Assembly: GCA_041690595.1 (NCBI GenBank)
Contig: JAWLHB010000030.1
Location: 1-64,000, forward strand
DNA length: 64,000 bases
Direction of reading: 5' to 3'
DNA from: Lentisphaeria bacterium
GTDB taxonomy: Bacteria > Verrucomicrobiota > Lentisphaeria > JABSQK01 > JAWLHB01
The stretch's first letter is position 1, and the number at the start of each line of letters is the position of its first letter. The notes beneath the pieces are model-generated. The model worked only from the letters and a program-made list of their open reading frames with translations. It had not been told where the DNA came from and made no database searches. Below, piece by piece: positions 18,211-28,426 of the stretch. Both the position numbers and the translations under genes were made by a program.

Positions 18211-19679
18211 CGCACCAGAGAGCCCAGCCATTCCATCATCTTGTGGGAGAAGGGCCGCTCGCTCCACTCCTGGGGGGTTAGCTCGTGCATCTGCTCACGG
18301 TCGAACTCATGAAGTACCTCCAGATCCTGAACAAACTCGTGGTCGTAGACAACGATGTTCATCTCGTTGTTGTGCGCAAAGCTGCGGTAGTCCATGTTGG
18401 CCGAGCCGACCGTGCTCCAGACATTGTCGACAATGGCGGTCTTGGCGTGCAGAAGCGCATCGCGCCGCTCATACAATCGCACGTTCGCATCCATCAGCGT
18501 GTTGTAGGTCCCCTGCGATGAATGGAAGGTGATCCACACATCGGTGAATCCTGGCAGGAGCAGCTCGACGTCGACTTCGCGTTCCTCCCTCGCTTCGCGC
18601 AGTATCGCCAGGAATTCCGGGTTGGGCGCGAAGTATCCCTGCGTGATATAGATTCGCTGGCGTGCCTTGGCAAAGGCATGCACATGGCTGTCGTAAACCT
18701 CATAGGTATCCGTCCCGCCAAAGCTGTAGATCACCCGCACCAGCGAGTTCCCCTCCCGTTCCAGCGGCGGAAAGTAGCCGGCCTGGCCATCGTCGATCAC
18801 CTTCCCAGAACCATCTTGGTGAAGCTCGTTCCACATGTCGATGAAGACGCGCTGCAGATCGCTCACGACCGGGCCGCGAATCCGCACATGGGTATCGCGC
18901 CAGCGGTCGTCAATCATCGGTTTGGCAGGAGGCTCGGCCGCGCTGCGGCGATAAACCCGCGTGATGTTGAGCCCGCCCACGAAGGCCACGCGCCCGTCCA
19001 TCACAAAGAGTTTCCGGTGATGCCGCATATGCGAATGCCACACGGGCACCATCGTGATCATGTTGAAGGGCCGAAACTCGTGAACCTCCACTCCCCCCTC
19101 CCGCATCCGGTCGAAAAAGGCCGGTGTCGCCATGGTCGAACCGAAGCTGTCATAGATCACCCGCACCTGAACGCCCTGCCGGGCCTTCTGGATCAGCAAC
19201 TCCGACATCAACTGGCCGATCTCGTCATCCCGAAAGATGAAGGTCTCGATGTGGATGTGGTGACGCGCCTCCCGAATTTCGGCGAAGATGGCGCGAAAAG
19301 TCTCCGGTCCATCCACCAGCAGCTCTATCCTGTTGCCGGCATAGAGCGGCCTGTTGGTCAGATTCTGCTCGCCCAAGGCCAGATCATGCAGCCAGTTCAG
19401 ATCGGCCTTGCCGCCGGCCGCCACCGCCAGTTCATGGCGAGCTTCCAACGGCGAGAGAGTTCCCTTCTCGTTGTGAACGGTCAGAAGCTTCTCGTTGTTT
19501 ACTCGCGCCAGCACTTCGTGGTGGCTCGGCAGGCTATGACACGAGGTCAGCACCATCAGAAAGAGGAGCTGAGCCAGCAGAATCATCATCCCGCTCTCCT
19601 GCGACGGAAAGAGGCGGCGGTACAGATCAGCGGTCGCCTCTTCCGCTGAGGCGGGCTCATTCTGAGGGTTGCTGCTCAT
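18198..19679 (-). CDS. cls: Cardiolipin synthase (ClsB-like), phospholipase D family
   Basis: Two HKD motifs: HRKLFVMDG..GGLN and HAKTAIVD..GSAN. Also WRDTHVRIRGP. Confidence 0.9.
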   Translation of the reverse strand: MSSNPQNEPASAEEATADLYRRLFPSQESGMMILLAQLLFLMVLTSCHSLPSHHEVLARVNNEKLLTVHNEKGTLSPLEARHELAVAAGGKADLNWLHDLALGEQNLTNRPLYAGNRIELLVDGPETFRAIFAEIREARHHIHIETFIFRDDEIGQLMSELLIQKARQGVQVRVIYDSFGSTMATPAFFDRMREGGVEVHEFRPFNMITMVPVWHSHMRHHRKLFVMDGRVAFVGGLNITRVYRRSAAEPPAKPMIDDRWRDTHVRIRGPVVSDLQRVFIDMWNELHQDGSGKVIDDGQAGYFPPLEREGNSLVRVIYSFGGTDTYEVYDSHVHAFAKARQRIYITQGYFAPNPEFLAILREAREEREVDVELLLPGFTDVWITFHSSQGTYNTLMDANVRLYERRDALLHAKTAIVDNVWSTVGSANMDYRSFAHNNEMNIVVYDHEFVQDLEVLHEFDREQMHELTPQEWSERPFSHKMMEWLGSLVRYWL

Positions 19680-19754
19680 CGCATACTATACCCTCATTCT
19701 GCCGTGCCAATCCAAGCATGATGCATGCCAGCGCGGCAAACAAAACCGGCGCCG

Positions 19755-20765
19755 TCAGCCGAGAGCGGCCTTGGTCATGGCAAAGTACTTCTCGTCGGGC
19801 ACGTAGTCGGGCACACTGTTCCCCGTGCCAAGCGCGTACCCCTTGCAGTGGCTCTTCTCGATCATGGCCTTGCAGCGGGCAGTGATGGCGTCCGGCTCGG
19901 AGCGACAGACGAAGTCGACATCGATGCCGCCCAGGAGAGCGATGCGCTCGCCATACTGCTCATAAGCCTGCTCGATCGGCTGGATGACATCCTCGAAGGA
20001 ATGCTTGGCATCGTACTTCATCCGGTCGATCACATCATCCATCACCGGTATGAGGTTGCCGCAGGAATGGAGAATGGCGGGTTTGCCGGCGGCATGTATG
20101 GTGGCCACGATCTTCTCATGCCACGGGAAAACGTAGGCGCGCATGTCGGTCGTCGAGAGCATGGTCTGGGTCTTGAATCCCCAGTCGTCATTGGAGATGC
20201 AGGCACCGACAGCCGCCTTGGGAGCGGTGATCTCGTAATGACGTACCAGCCGCGAACCGACCGCGTCAAAAACGTCGGTGGCCAGTTCCGGATCATCGAC
20301 CATCATGAAACAGAGATTGTCGTACCCGCAAAGGCTGATGACGTTCTCCAGTACTCCGCCTGGTCCATTGATTACGATCATCTGTCCCTTAGGCAGCTGA
20401 TCGGCAAGGCGATCGGCGCTGGAGTAGTCGAAATCGTCTGGATCCGGCCACCGATACGCATCGAAGCTCTTGCGATCCGTGATGCAGAAACCTTCATTGA
20501 GAGAGATCGTCCGGGCCCGGTGCTTTTCGCCGGCGGGAAAGCCAAAGTTCGAGCCGCGCCAGGTCACGTAGTCGTAGCCGGCGCCGGCAAATGCCTTGCT
20601 GAGCGCGAGCAGTTGCGCATCGACATCATCGGCGGGAGGCCACTCAGTCAGTCCACTGGTCCGTAGATAGAGTCGCACATTGAGGAAGAACTCGAAGAGG
20701 GTGGGACGAGTGGGGGTCTCGCGGCGCAGGACGCGCAGCAAATTGGCAAAATCAGGCTGTCGCAT
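19755..20765 (-). CDS. Uroporphyrinogen decarboxylase-family (URO-D/MtaA-like) protein
   Basis: NDDWGFK..TMLS, ILHSCGNL, IALLGGIDV, GYALGTGNSVPDYVP. Start at MRQPDF. Confidence 0.88.
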   Translation of the reverse strand: MRQPDFANLLRVLRRETPTRPTLFEFFLNVRLYLRTSGLTEWPPADDVDAQLLALSKAFAGAGYDYVTWRGSNFGFPAGEKHRARTISLNEGFCITDRKSFDAYRWPDPDDFDYSSADRLADQLPKGQMIVINGPGGVLENVISLCGYDNLCFMMVDDPELATDVFDAVGSRLVRHYEITAPKAAVGACISNDDWGFKTQTMLSTTDMRAYVFPWHEKIVATIHAAGKPAILHSCGNLIPVMDDVIDRMKYDAKHSFEDVIQPIEQAYEQYGERIALLGGIDVDFVCRSEPDAITARCKAMIEKSHCKGYALGTGNSVPDYVPDEKYFAMTKAALG

Positions 20766-20901
20766 GCTTCTTTGTTCCTGGAATGATCTTTGTGCGTTGC
20801 TCGATGGACCAAGCGCCAGAAGCATACCACCTGAAAAAGCAAAATCCACGGAAACGACCGCAATTTCGTGAACCGTGGCACGAATCCTGGCGTAGCTGCA
20901 G

Positions 20902-22377
20902 CTACAGCGCTCCCGGATAGAGCGCCTGCATGGCATCTCGATAACGGCGGTATGGCGCGTCATAGAAAGCGCGCTGAGCTCCGGGAACGAAGGTGCGGCG
21001 AACCTGATAGAAGCCTTCGGCGGCGGTAACGAGATCGGGAAGCAGCCCGCCGGCGACCCCGCCACAGATGGCCGCGCCGAGCACGGCTGCCTCACTGCAG
21101 CGAGGCAGCTCCACCGGCAGCTCGCCGATGTCTGCCAGAAGCTGCATCCAGAGCGGCGATCGGGAGGCACCGCCAAGCACCCGCAGACTCCGCGGCGGCG
21201 TCGCATAGTCGCGACGGAATAGCTCGATCGCATCGCGAACCGTAAAGCCGACGGCTTCCAGGATGGCTCGAACGATATGTGGCGGCCCATGGCTCAGACT
21301 CAGCCCCAGCAGTGCGCCGCGTACATCCGCGCGGAAGTTGGGCGTCCCCGTACCCGAAAAGTGTGGCAGCAAGGTCACCCCATCCGCCCCCGGCGGCGCC
21401 TGGGCGGCGAGGCCGATCAGCTCGTCATAGCTCAGGCCGTTGCCGAAGCGGTCGCGGTACCAGCGCAATAGGATGCCCGTCGTCATCGCAAAAGGCATGC
21501 CATAGCGCAACCCGGTCACCGGATGCGGATGGCTTGGCAAGACCGCCGCTCTTGAAATTGCCTCCCCCGGTAGCGTTCCAACCAGCGCCATGGCCGTCCC
21601 GACGGCGCCGGAAATCAGCCCTGGCCGCACGTTGGCGACCCCGATGGCACCGGTCAGTTGGTCGTTGCTGCCGGCGCCTACCGCGATACCGGCTTCCAGG
21701 CCAAGCTGCCGCGCCGCGGCCTCACTGGTCTGACCGATCCGGACGCCGGTGTCGACCACATCGTCAAAGAGCTCGCGGGAAAGACCGGCAACCTCCAGCG
21801 CCTCCAGCCACCAGCCCGCCTCTCCAAAGAGACCGGTACTGGCCAGGTTGCAGGGATCGCAGGCGAGCCGTCCAGTCAACCGATAGGCGATGTAGGAAGG
21901 CAGCATCGCGATGTGGCGTACCCTGCTCCACACCGCCGGTTCGTGCCGCTTCACCCACATGAGCTTCGATACCGAGGCGATCGGCTGCGGAAAGTCCAGC
22001 CCGGTCTGCGCTCGCCAGGCTTCGGCGCCGAGACCGGCGAGCAACGCGGCGCATTCCTCTCCGGCCCGCGTATCCAGCCAGACGATTGCTTTGCGTAGCG
22101 GCTTGCCCTCGGCGTCGAGGAGGACGAAGGTCTGTCCCTGCGAAGAGAGGCCAACGGCGGCCATTCGCCACGTGGGCAGAAGCGCCCGCAACTCCTCCAC
22201 TCCGTCAACGATGCTCCGCCAGTAGACCTCCGCGTCCAACTCCGCCCACTGTTCGTGGGGCGTGTCGAGCGGATATTCACGGGTGCTCAGGCCAAGCAAT
22301 TCGCCCGTATCCGCGGCAAAGGCAGCCACTTTCACGGCAGTGGTTCCCAAATCTATTCCAAGAAGGGCATCACCCAT
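20902..22377 (-). CDS. FGGY-family carbohydrate kinase (xylulokinase-like)
   Basis: LLGIDLGTTAVK, IVWLDTRA, GSNDQ..GAIG, LPHFSG, RAILEAV, GGASRSPLWMQ, EAAVLGAA. Confidence 0.9.
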   Translation of the reverse strand: MGDALLGIDLGTTAVKVAAFAADTGELLGLSTREYPLDTPHEQWAELDAEVYWRSIVDGVEELRALLPTWRMAAVGLSSQGQTFVLLDAEGKPLRKAIVWLDTRAGEECAALLAGLGAEAWRAQTGLDFPQPIASVSKLMWVKRHEPAVWSRVRHIAMLPSYIAYRLTGRLACDPCNLASTGLFGEAGWWLEALEVAGLSRELFDDVVDTGVRIGQTSEAAARQLGLEAGIAVGAGSNDQLTGAIGVANVRPGLISGAVGTAMALVGTLPGEAISRAAVLPSHPHPVTGLRYGMPFAMTTGILLRWYRDRFGNGLSYDELIGLAAQAPPGADGVTLLPHFSGTGTPNFRADVRGALLGLSLSHGPPHIVRAILEAVGFTVRDAIELFRRDYATPPRSLRVLGGASRSPLWMQLLADIGELPVELPRCSEAAVLGAAICGGVAGGLLPDLVTAAEGFYQVRRTFVPGAQRAFYDAPYRRYRDAMQALYPGAL

Positions 22378-23452
22378 CAGGTGGTTTCTCCAATTTCGCG
22401 ACTGGCAGCATGCCGCCAGCGGCAATGGCTTTCAACGCGGCGGTGTGAAAGGGAAAGCTGTCGATCTGGGCAGGCGTAATCCACTGCCCCACCTCCGGCG
22501 TCACTGTCTCGGCCCGCACGGCACATACCTGCACGGCAATCGTGAAATGGCTGTAGGCATGCGTGATGGTGGCAAAGGGCGGATCCGGCTTCAGCTCGAG
22601 TTGCCACTGTTCATGCAGGTGCCTCCGCAGCGCGATACTCGCTCCTTCCCCAGCCTCGACCCGGCCACCAGGAAGCTCCCACATCCCCGCCAGCATCCGC
22701 TCCGCCGGACGTTGCACGATCAGAAATCTCTCGCCGCATCGCACCAGACCCGCTACCTCTTCATGGTGGGGTACAGACTGACGCTTCGCTTTCACCGGCA
22801 ACGCCTCCGTCCGCCCCTCGTTCGCCGCTACGCAATCCGCCCGCAACGGGCAGAGCAGGCAGACGGGGCCACGCGGCCGACAGACCAGGGCACCGAGCTC
22901 CATCATCGCCTGATTGAAGTCCGATGGCGGCAACGGGGCAATGATTGGCAAGAGTGCAGCGAAGACCTTCTTGCGGGTTCCGGCTTTGGCGATGTCATCC
23001 GTCAGCCCCCGAAATCGGGCATAAACACGCAGGACATTCCCGTCGACCACGGGCACCGGCTCGCCGAAGGCAATGCTGGCCACGGCGGCAGCGGTGTAGG
23101 GGCCAAGTCCCGGAATCTCCTGCAGCTTCTCATAGGTTGACGGCAGACGCCCCCCATGCTCGCGCACGACCAGTTGCGCCGCCTGGTGCAGACGCCTGGC
23201 GCGAGAGTAGTAGCCAAGTCCTTGCCAGAGGCGCAGGACAGCCTGTTCGTCCGCCGCGGCTAGCGCCTCGACCGTCGGAAAGGCCTCCAGAAAGCGCTCG
23301 AAATAGGGCCGCACGGTCTCCACCTGGGTCTGCTGCAGCATGATCTCGCTGACCCAGACCCGATAGGGGCCGGCATCGTCCCGCCATGGCAGATCGCGTC
23401 GATGCTCATCGTACCAACCAAGAAGCCGCCAGCTCCAGTCACTGTCGATCAT
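22370..23452 (-). CDS. mutY: A/G-specific adenine glycosylase MutY with a C-terminal NUDIX-like domain
   Basis: RDLPWR, WVSEIMLQQTQV, WQGLGYYSRAR, PGLGPYTAAA, VDGNVLRV, C-x6-C-x2-C-x5-C Fe-S motif. Confidence 0.96.
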   Translation of the reverse strand: MIDSDWSWRLLGWYDEHRRDLPWRDDAGPYRVWVSEIMLQQTQVETVRPYFERFLEAFPTVEALAAADEQAVLRLWQGLGYYSRARRLHQAAQLVVREHGGRLPSTYEKLQEIPGLGPYTAAAVASIAFGEPVPVVDGNVLRVYARFRGLTDDIAKAGTRKKVFAALLPIIAPLPPSDFNQAMMELGALVCRPRGPVCLLCPLRADCVAANEGRTEALPVKAKRQSVPHHEEVAGLVRCGERFLIVQRPAERMLAGMWELPGGRVEAGEGASIALRRHLHEQWQLELKPDPPFATITHAYSHFTIAVQVCAVRAETVTPEVGQWITPAQIDSFPFHTAALKAIAAGGMLPVAKLEKPPDG

Positions 23453-23579
23453 TCGGCATATCCGCGCTAAAACTTTCCGGCTTGTGTGCACGATGGCATG
23501 CGGCTGCAACCGCTGCTTAGCATAATGGGCATCGACTCAAAGCCAAGCCGGAAGAGCGAAATTGTGCTCGTGGGCGCGC

Positions 23580-24296
23580 TCATTCACGTAGTGGAAAAGG
23601 AACGTCGCGTACAAAGGATGAGGTCGCTGGCAGGTGGTCCATATTGGAGGGAGCGGTTGTGATTGTGGGGGCGGGCTCCCTTGGCGTCTCTTTGCCGCCG
23701 ATGATCCTGCAAAAGAGGCTGCGGTGAAGGGGTGATCTGAAGTTCAGGCAGAGCATGCAGCAATTTTCCCGTTCCCCCGCAGGTCGATGTAGAGTGACAA
23801 GTCCTCGTCGCTCCAGCTTGTCGAGGTGGTGCACCAGTGTGGTATATCCCATGTGGAGTTGGGCTCTCAACTGCGACAGAGGCATGGAGCCTCCATTGGC
23901 TTGAAGCAGACGCAAAAGGTGGGTCCGTCGCGGACAGGTGAAGATTGTCACCGCGGCAAAGATGATGGCATGAAGCTGGGCCTCTGCTTCAGTATCGCTT
24001 TCCGCCTGAACAAGTGCCTCATGGAGCCAGTTGTTGAGCATCGCCAGCTGACTGTCCGGGCATTCATCTGGGGGAGATGCGATCCAGTAGACGCGCTGCT
24101 GTCGCAGTTCCCGCCGCACCAGATCAAAGCGCAACAGGAGACGCAGGTCGATACTCAATGCCGAGGGCGTACACCCCAATGCTTCCGCCAACTCCTTGTG
24201 GGGCAACTCCGCTCCGTTGGCCAGAAGCGCCAGAAGGCGAAGCCTTGCCATGGAAGCCACCACGCGCATCCACTCACCCATAACACCGTCATGCAT
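23580..24296 (-). CDS. Tandem (two-domain) ArsR-like winged-helix DNA-binding protein
   Basis: Domain 1: RLRLLALL..ELAEALGCTPSALSIDLRLLLRFDLVRR. Domain 2: FTCPRRTHLLRLL..LSQLRAQLHMGYTTLVHHLDKLERRGLV. Confidence 0.75.
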   Translation of the reverse strand: MHDGVMGEWMRVVASMARLRLLALLANGAELPHKELAEALGCTPSALSIDLRLLLRFDLVRRELRQQRVYWIASPPDECPDSQLAMLNNWLHEALVQAESDTEAEAQLHAIIFAAVTIFTCPRRTHLLRLLQANGGSMPLSQLRAQLHMGYTTLVHHLDKLERRGLVTLHRPAGERENCCMLCLNFRSPLHRSLFCRIIGGKETPREPAPTITTAPSNMDHLPATSSFVRDVPFPLRE

Positions 24297-24307
24297 GATG
24301 CTCTCTC

Positions 24308-24335
24308 TTTGCTAAAGTTTAAATACTTTCGTAAA
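24308..24335. promoter_or_regulatory. AT-rich inverted repeat (operator-like) immediately upstream of the tandem wHTH gene
   Basis: TTTGCTAAAGT-ttaaat-ACTTTCGTAAA; 9 of 11 arm positions are complementary. Confidence 0.5.
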
Positions 24336-24447
24336 AAGAGTAAACCATCATGGATCCGACGTCAATGACAAAATGAGTTCTTTCGATAGCGGTATGGAGT
24401 ACGCACGCGTAGAGGCGTTTCTGCCATTATGCTTAACCCGGGCCAGA

Positions 24448-24890
24448 CGACGTGATGCCGGACACCCATTCCGACGTGATGCTGGACACCCATTCCGACG
24501 TGATGCTGGACACCCATTCCGACGTGATGCTGGACACCTGTTCCGACTGATGCTGGACACCCATTCCGGTGATGCTGGACACCTGTTCCAGATGAATCTG
24601 GACGCCCATTACGGATGAATCTGGACGCCCATTACGGGCGATGCTGGACACCTGTTCCGGGTGATGCTGGTCACTGGTTCCGGGCGATGCTGGACATTGG
24701 TTCCGGGCGATGCTGGACATTGGTTCCGGGCGATGCTGGACACTGGTTCCGGGCGATGCTGGACACTGGTTCCGGGCGATGCTGGTCACTGGTTCCGGGT
24801 GATGCCGGACGCCTGGTTCCGGGTGATGCCGGACGCCTGGTTCCGGGTGATGCCGGACGCCTGGTTCCGGGTGATGCCGGACGCCTGGCG
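24448..24890. repeat. Intergenic tandem array of 19 units of 22-24 bp with no spacers
   Basis: Consensus approximately CG(G/A)(G/C)(T/C)GATGC(T/C)GGACAC(C/T)(CA/GG/TG)TTC. Units abut directly and variants occur in runs. Confidence 0.95.
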
Positions 24891-24997
24891 GATGCACCTG
24901 TAACGAACAACCTGCACCTATAAAGCGGCTCCGCGGAACATCCCCGAAGCGGGACGTTCCGCGGCGAAAGGTACAACCTTGGCAGCCCTGATGCCTG

Positions 24998-26458
24998 CTA
25001 TGCCGGCTGATATCTCTTGTCGCGCCAGGGGGAGATGAGGGGCGCGTCGGGGGTTTCGGGGCCGACGAGCTTGCCGTCCTTCACCCAACCGCATTGGCGA
25101 GCTTCAAGCTCCGCAACGAGGAAGCCGCGCCATTTCTGAACCTCCTCGCGCCGGGCGGGGTCATCGATGCAGTTGTGCAGTTCATGCGGATCCGATTCGA
25201 GATCGAAGAACTGGTGCATGTCGATACGCGGCAGCCATATGTACTTGCGACGGCCGTCGGTCACATACTGCATGTCCTGCTCGGGGCCGTAGCACCAGCA
25301 GTGCTCGCCGTGGATATACTCGCGCCAGTCCGGGGCCGCTTCCCGCGAAAGAGGAAGAACGCTGCGGCCGTCGACCGTGGCAGGAATCTCGATGCCCGCT
25401 GCCTCGAGGATGGTCGGCATGATGTCCCGCAATTCGACCACTTCCGGCGCGACGTTGCGAGGTGACTTGTTTTCACCAATGGGCGGAACAACAATGAAGG
25501 GAATGCGGGCACTCCCTTCATAGGCGTAGGTCTTGCGCCAGAGGTTGTGGTCGCCGAGCATGTCACCATGGTCAGCGGCAAAAACAAACATGGTATTGGC
25601 AAAGTCGTGACTACGCTGCAGGTGGTTGATGAGGCGCCCGATCTGCGTGTCGATGAACGAGACGTCGCCGTAGTAGCCGGTGCGGGCACGGCGGATCTGC
25701 CGATCGGTCATGCGGCCATGCCAGGCATTGGTATCGGCGGCATCGCGCGGCTTGTCGTGCATCCCGGCCCAGTCACCGACAGCAGCCGGCGGCAGTTCCT
25801 CATCGCAGTACATATCCCAATAGGGCCGCGGTGGCACATAGGGGGAATGGGGGCGGGCAAAGGAAATATTCAGGAAGTACGGCTTGGTCCGGTCGCGATT
25901 CTTCACGAATTCCAGCGCCCGAGTCATGGTCCACCACGAGGGGTGCAGGTGCTCGTCCGTATGCCATGGGCGGGCCATCCAGGAGTTGAAGGGAACCCCA
26001 TGATCGTCCGGCGAAAGATCGTCATACGGCTTCACGCGGTCGAACCAGATGCGATAGTCGCTCTTGAAACCGTCCTGCGAACGCCCGGATTCGTCAAGTT
26101 CGTGACTCTGGAAGCCCATCATGGCGCGCTGCGGGTTGAAGTGTCCCTTGCCGACAAGGTGGGTGCGATAGCCGTGATTGGAAAGCTCCGCGGCGAGCAT
26201 GTGCGGATAGTCGTTGGGCATCGCGCCCTGGCCGAGTCCCATCCCCAGGATGCCCGCATGCCACTGGTTCATCCCGGTCATCAGCGTGGCGCGTGCGGGG
26301 ATGCAGGAGGGAGTGGCGGTATAGGCGTGGGGAAAGCGGGTTCCGAGGCTGGCCAGATAGTCGAGGTTGGGCGTCTCGATGTAGGGATTGCCATCGCAGC
26401 GCATGCAGTCGCCGCGCATCTGATCGGCAAAGAGAAGGATGATATTCGGACGTGCCAT
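24998..26458 (-). CDS. Formylglycine-dependent arylsulfatase (S1 family)
   Basis: RPNIILLFADQMR, CIPARATLMTG (CxPxR), VGKGH, PHSPY, ADHGDMLGDH, KTYAYEGSARIP. Confidence 0.93.
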   Translation of the reverse strand: MARPNIILLFADQMRGDCMRCDGNPYIETPNLDYLASLGTRFPHAYTATPSCIPARATLMTGMNQWHAGILGMGLGQGAMPNDYPHMLAAELSNHGYRTHLVGKGHFNPQRAMMGFQSHELDESGRSQDGFKSDYRIWFDRVKPYDDLSPDDHGVPFNSWMARPWHTDEHLHPSWWTMTRALEFVKNRDRTKPYFLNISFARPHSPYVPPRPYWDMYCDEELPPAAVGDWAGMHDKPRDAADTNAWHGRMTDRQIRRARTGYYGDVSFIDTQIGRLINHLQRSHDFANTMFVFAADHGDMLGDHNLWRKTYAYEGSARIPFIVVPPIGENKSPRNVAPEVVELRDIMPTILEAAGIEIPATVDGRSVLPLSREAAPDWREYIHGEHCWCYGPEQDMQYVTDGRRKYIWLPRIDMHQFFDLESDPHELHNCIDDPARREEVQKWRGFLVAELEARQCGWVKDGKLVGPETPDAPLISPWRDKRYQPA

Positions 26459-26474
26459 GGGGGCTCCTCTGTAC

Positions 26475-27911
26475 TTAGACATTGAGTTCGGCAGGGGCGC
26501 TGCCGCTCACTTCGGGATGGTTCTTCAGCAGGGGGTCGACTACCTCCGCGACGAAGGTTTCGACCTGCTCTGGAGCGCGACCCACAAAGAGCAGCGGATC
26601 GAGCATCGCGGCGAGTCGCTGGTGGACCGGGGCAAAGCGCGCATCGGCGGCAATCCGCTCGAGCAGGTCGTTATCCGCGCCCTCTTCCTTGACTCGGCGG
26701 CCCGCCTCGATGGAGTGTTCGCGGATGGCCTCGTGCAGCTCCTGACGATCACCGCCGGCCTTGACGCAATCCATGAGGATATTCTCGGTCGCCATGAAGG
26801 GCAGCTCCGCCATGATGTGCTTGTGAACGACCTGTGGCCAGACGTGCAGCCCGTCCACCACATTGGCGGCGATGGTCAGGACCACATCCGTGGCAAGAAA
26901 ACTCTCCGGCAGGGAGAGGCGCCGATTGGCGGAATCGTCAAGCGTGCGCTCGAACCACTGGTTGGCATGGGTGTGAGCGGCATTGTCAGCCAGGGAGATG
27001 ACGAAGCGTGCCAGCGAACAGATGCGCTCGGAACGCATCGGATTGCGCTTGTAGGCCATGGCGCTCGAGCCGATCTGCTTCTTCGCGAAGGGCTCGTCCA
27101 CCTCTTTCAGGTTGCTCAGCAGGCGGATGTCGCCGGCCATCTTGTAAGCGGATTGCGCGGCGGCGGAAAGTGCGCTGAGCACGAGGTAATCCCACTTGCG
27201 CGAATAGGTCTGGCCGCACACAGGCACGGTGCGGTTGAAGCCCATGGCGGCGGTAACCAGAGCGTCCAACTCGCGGACCTTCTCGTGATCGCCCCCAAAC
27301 AGCTCCAGAAAACTGGCTTGAGTGCCGGTGGTTCCCTTCACGCCGCGGAAGGGAAGCTCGCGCGCCAGCTGGTCGATGCGCTCGTAGTCGAGCACGAAGT
27401 CGTAGAGCCAAAGGCTGGCGCGCTTGCCGACGGTGGTGAGCTGGGCGGGTTGATAATGGGTGAATCCGAGAGTCGGCAGGTGACGTTGCTCCATGGCGAA
27501 ATCGCGCAGCAGCCGGATCACCTGAAGGAGCTTGAGGCGGACCAATTCGAGACTCTCCTTCAGCTGGATCAGCTCCGTATTGTCGCCGACATAGCAGCTG
27601 GTGGCGCCGAGATGGATGATGGGCATCGCCTTGGGGCACTGGCGGCCGAAGGCATGCACATGGCTCATGACATCGTGGCGCAGTTCTTTCTCCATCGCCT
27701 CCGCGTACTCGAAATCGATATCATCCAGGTGGGCGGCCATTTCGGCGAGCTGGTCTTCGTGAATGTCCAGCCCCAGCTTCTGCTCCGCCGTCGCCAGCGC
27801 CAGCCACAGGCGCCGCCACGTGGAGAATTTCTTCTGCGGCGACCAGATGTAGCTCATTTCAGGGCTGGCGTATCGACTGGCAAGGGGATTTTCATAGACA
27901 TCGCGACTCAT
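26475..27911 (-). CDS. purB: Adenylosuccinate lyase
   Basis: [70 protein letters not shown]. Confidence 0.96.
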   Translation of the reverse strand: MSRDVYENPLASRYASPEMSYIWSPQKKFSTWRRLWLALATAEQKLGLDIHEDQLAEMAAHLDDIDFEYAEAMEKELRHDVMSHVHAFGRQCPKAMPIIHLGATSCYVGDNTELIQLKESLELVRLKLLQVIRLLRDFAMEQRHLPTLGFTHYQPAQLTTVGKRASLWLYDFVLDYERIDQLARELPFRGVKGTTGTQASFLELFGGDHEKVRELDALVTAAMGFNRTVPVCGQTYSRKWDYLVLSALSAAAQSAYKMAGDIRLLSNLKEVDEPFAKKQIGSSAMAYKRNPMRSERICSLARFVISLADNAAHTHANQWFERTLDDSANRRLSLPESFLATDVVLTIAANVVDGLHVWPQVVHKHIMAELPFMATENILMDCVKAGGDRQELHEAIREHSIEAGRRVKEEGADNDLLERIAADARFAPVHQRLAAMLDPLLFVGRAPEQVETFVAEVVDPLLKNHPEVSGSAPAELNV

Positions 27912-28009
27912 GCTGCGGCGCTCTCCGGGGAAGTTTTCCTGATCTATTCCTGCTGATCCGGTTTTCAATACCGGGTTTACGTAGTAGAATATGGGACATT
28001 ACCGCTCAG

Positions 28010-28426
28010 ATGCAATGCCAATCGGGGACCTTCCAAGGCGTGCAGGACAAACAACCAAGCTCTTCATCTGCCGCGTGCTGCGGTGTTCTCCTTCAAGTCA
28101 GGGAGATAGCCAAGGTACGCTCCTTCTATCGGGATGTGCTCGATATCGGCGATCCCGTGCTCGACAGCACCTACTACGTCGAGTTCTCCCTGCCGGGTGG
28201 CGGGCTCCTCATCCTGCAGCAATGCGACTATGCGGTTGAAGATACCTGCGGCGATACCGCGTGGCTCCTCTTCACCGACCATCCCGAACCCATCGTGCAA
28301 CGGCTCGAAGCAAAGGGGATTGTCCCCATGCAGCCTACCCGCGGCGTCCCCGGTCGCAAATGCTTCACCTATTCAGATCCCGAGGGTAATCTTTTTACGA
28401 TTTTTACCCGGGACAACGGCAGCTGA
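28010..28426 (+). CDS. VOC/glyoxalase family protein
   Basis: VREIAKVRSFYRDVL and C-terminal GRKCFTYSDPEGNLFTI. Confidence 0.75.
   Translation: MQCQSGTFQGVQDKQPSSSSAACCGVLLQVREIAKVRSFYRDVLDIGDPVLDSTYYVEFSLPGGGLLILQQCDYAVEDTCGDTAWLLFTDHPEPIVQRLEAKGIVPMQPTRGVPGRKCFTYSDPEGNLFTIFTRDNGS

Noticed and set aside
15898..18267. 789-aa minus-strand ORF
   Set aside because: Antisense shadow of two plus-strand genes in high-GC DNA; no recognisable motifs.
20766..21290. N-terminal extension of the URO-D-like ORF to 21290
   Set aside because: It overlaps the FGGY kinase in another frame, and family similarity begins at MRQPDF (20765).
24448..24890. CRISPR array (or TIGR-like array) interpretation of the tandem repeat
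   Set aside because: Units abut with no unique spacers, variation is clustered point change, and no cas-like or Nop-domain gene is nearby.
24348..24976. ORFs running through the tandem array (e.g. 24433-24897 minus, 154 aa)
   Set aside because: Unit lengths of 22, 23 and 24 bp scramble the frame and several frames are open at once. These are by-products of a stop-poor repeat.
26475..27911. Eukaryote-like purB as evidence of inter-domain transfer
   Set aside because: This ADSL subtype is widespread in several bacterial phyla and is not remarkable by itself.
26439..27956. 505-aa plus-strand ORF
   Set aside because: Antisense shadow of purB.
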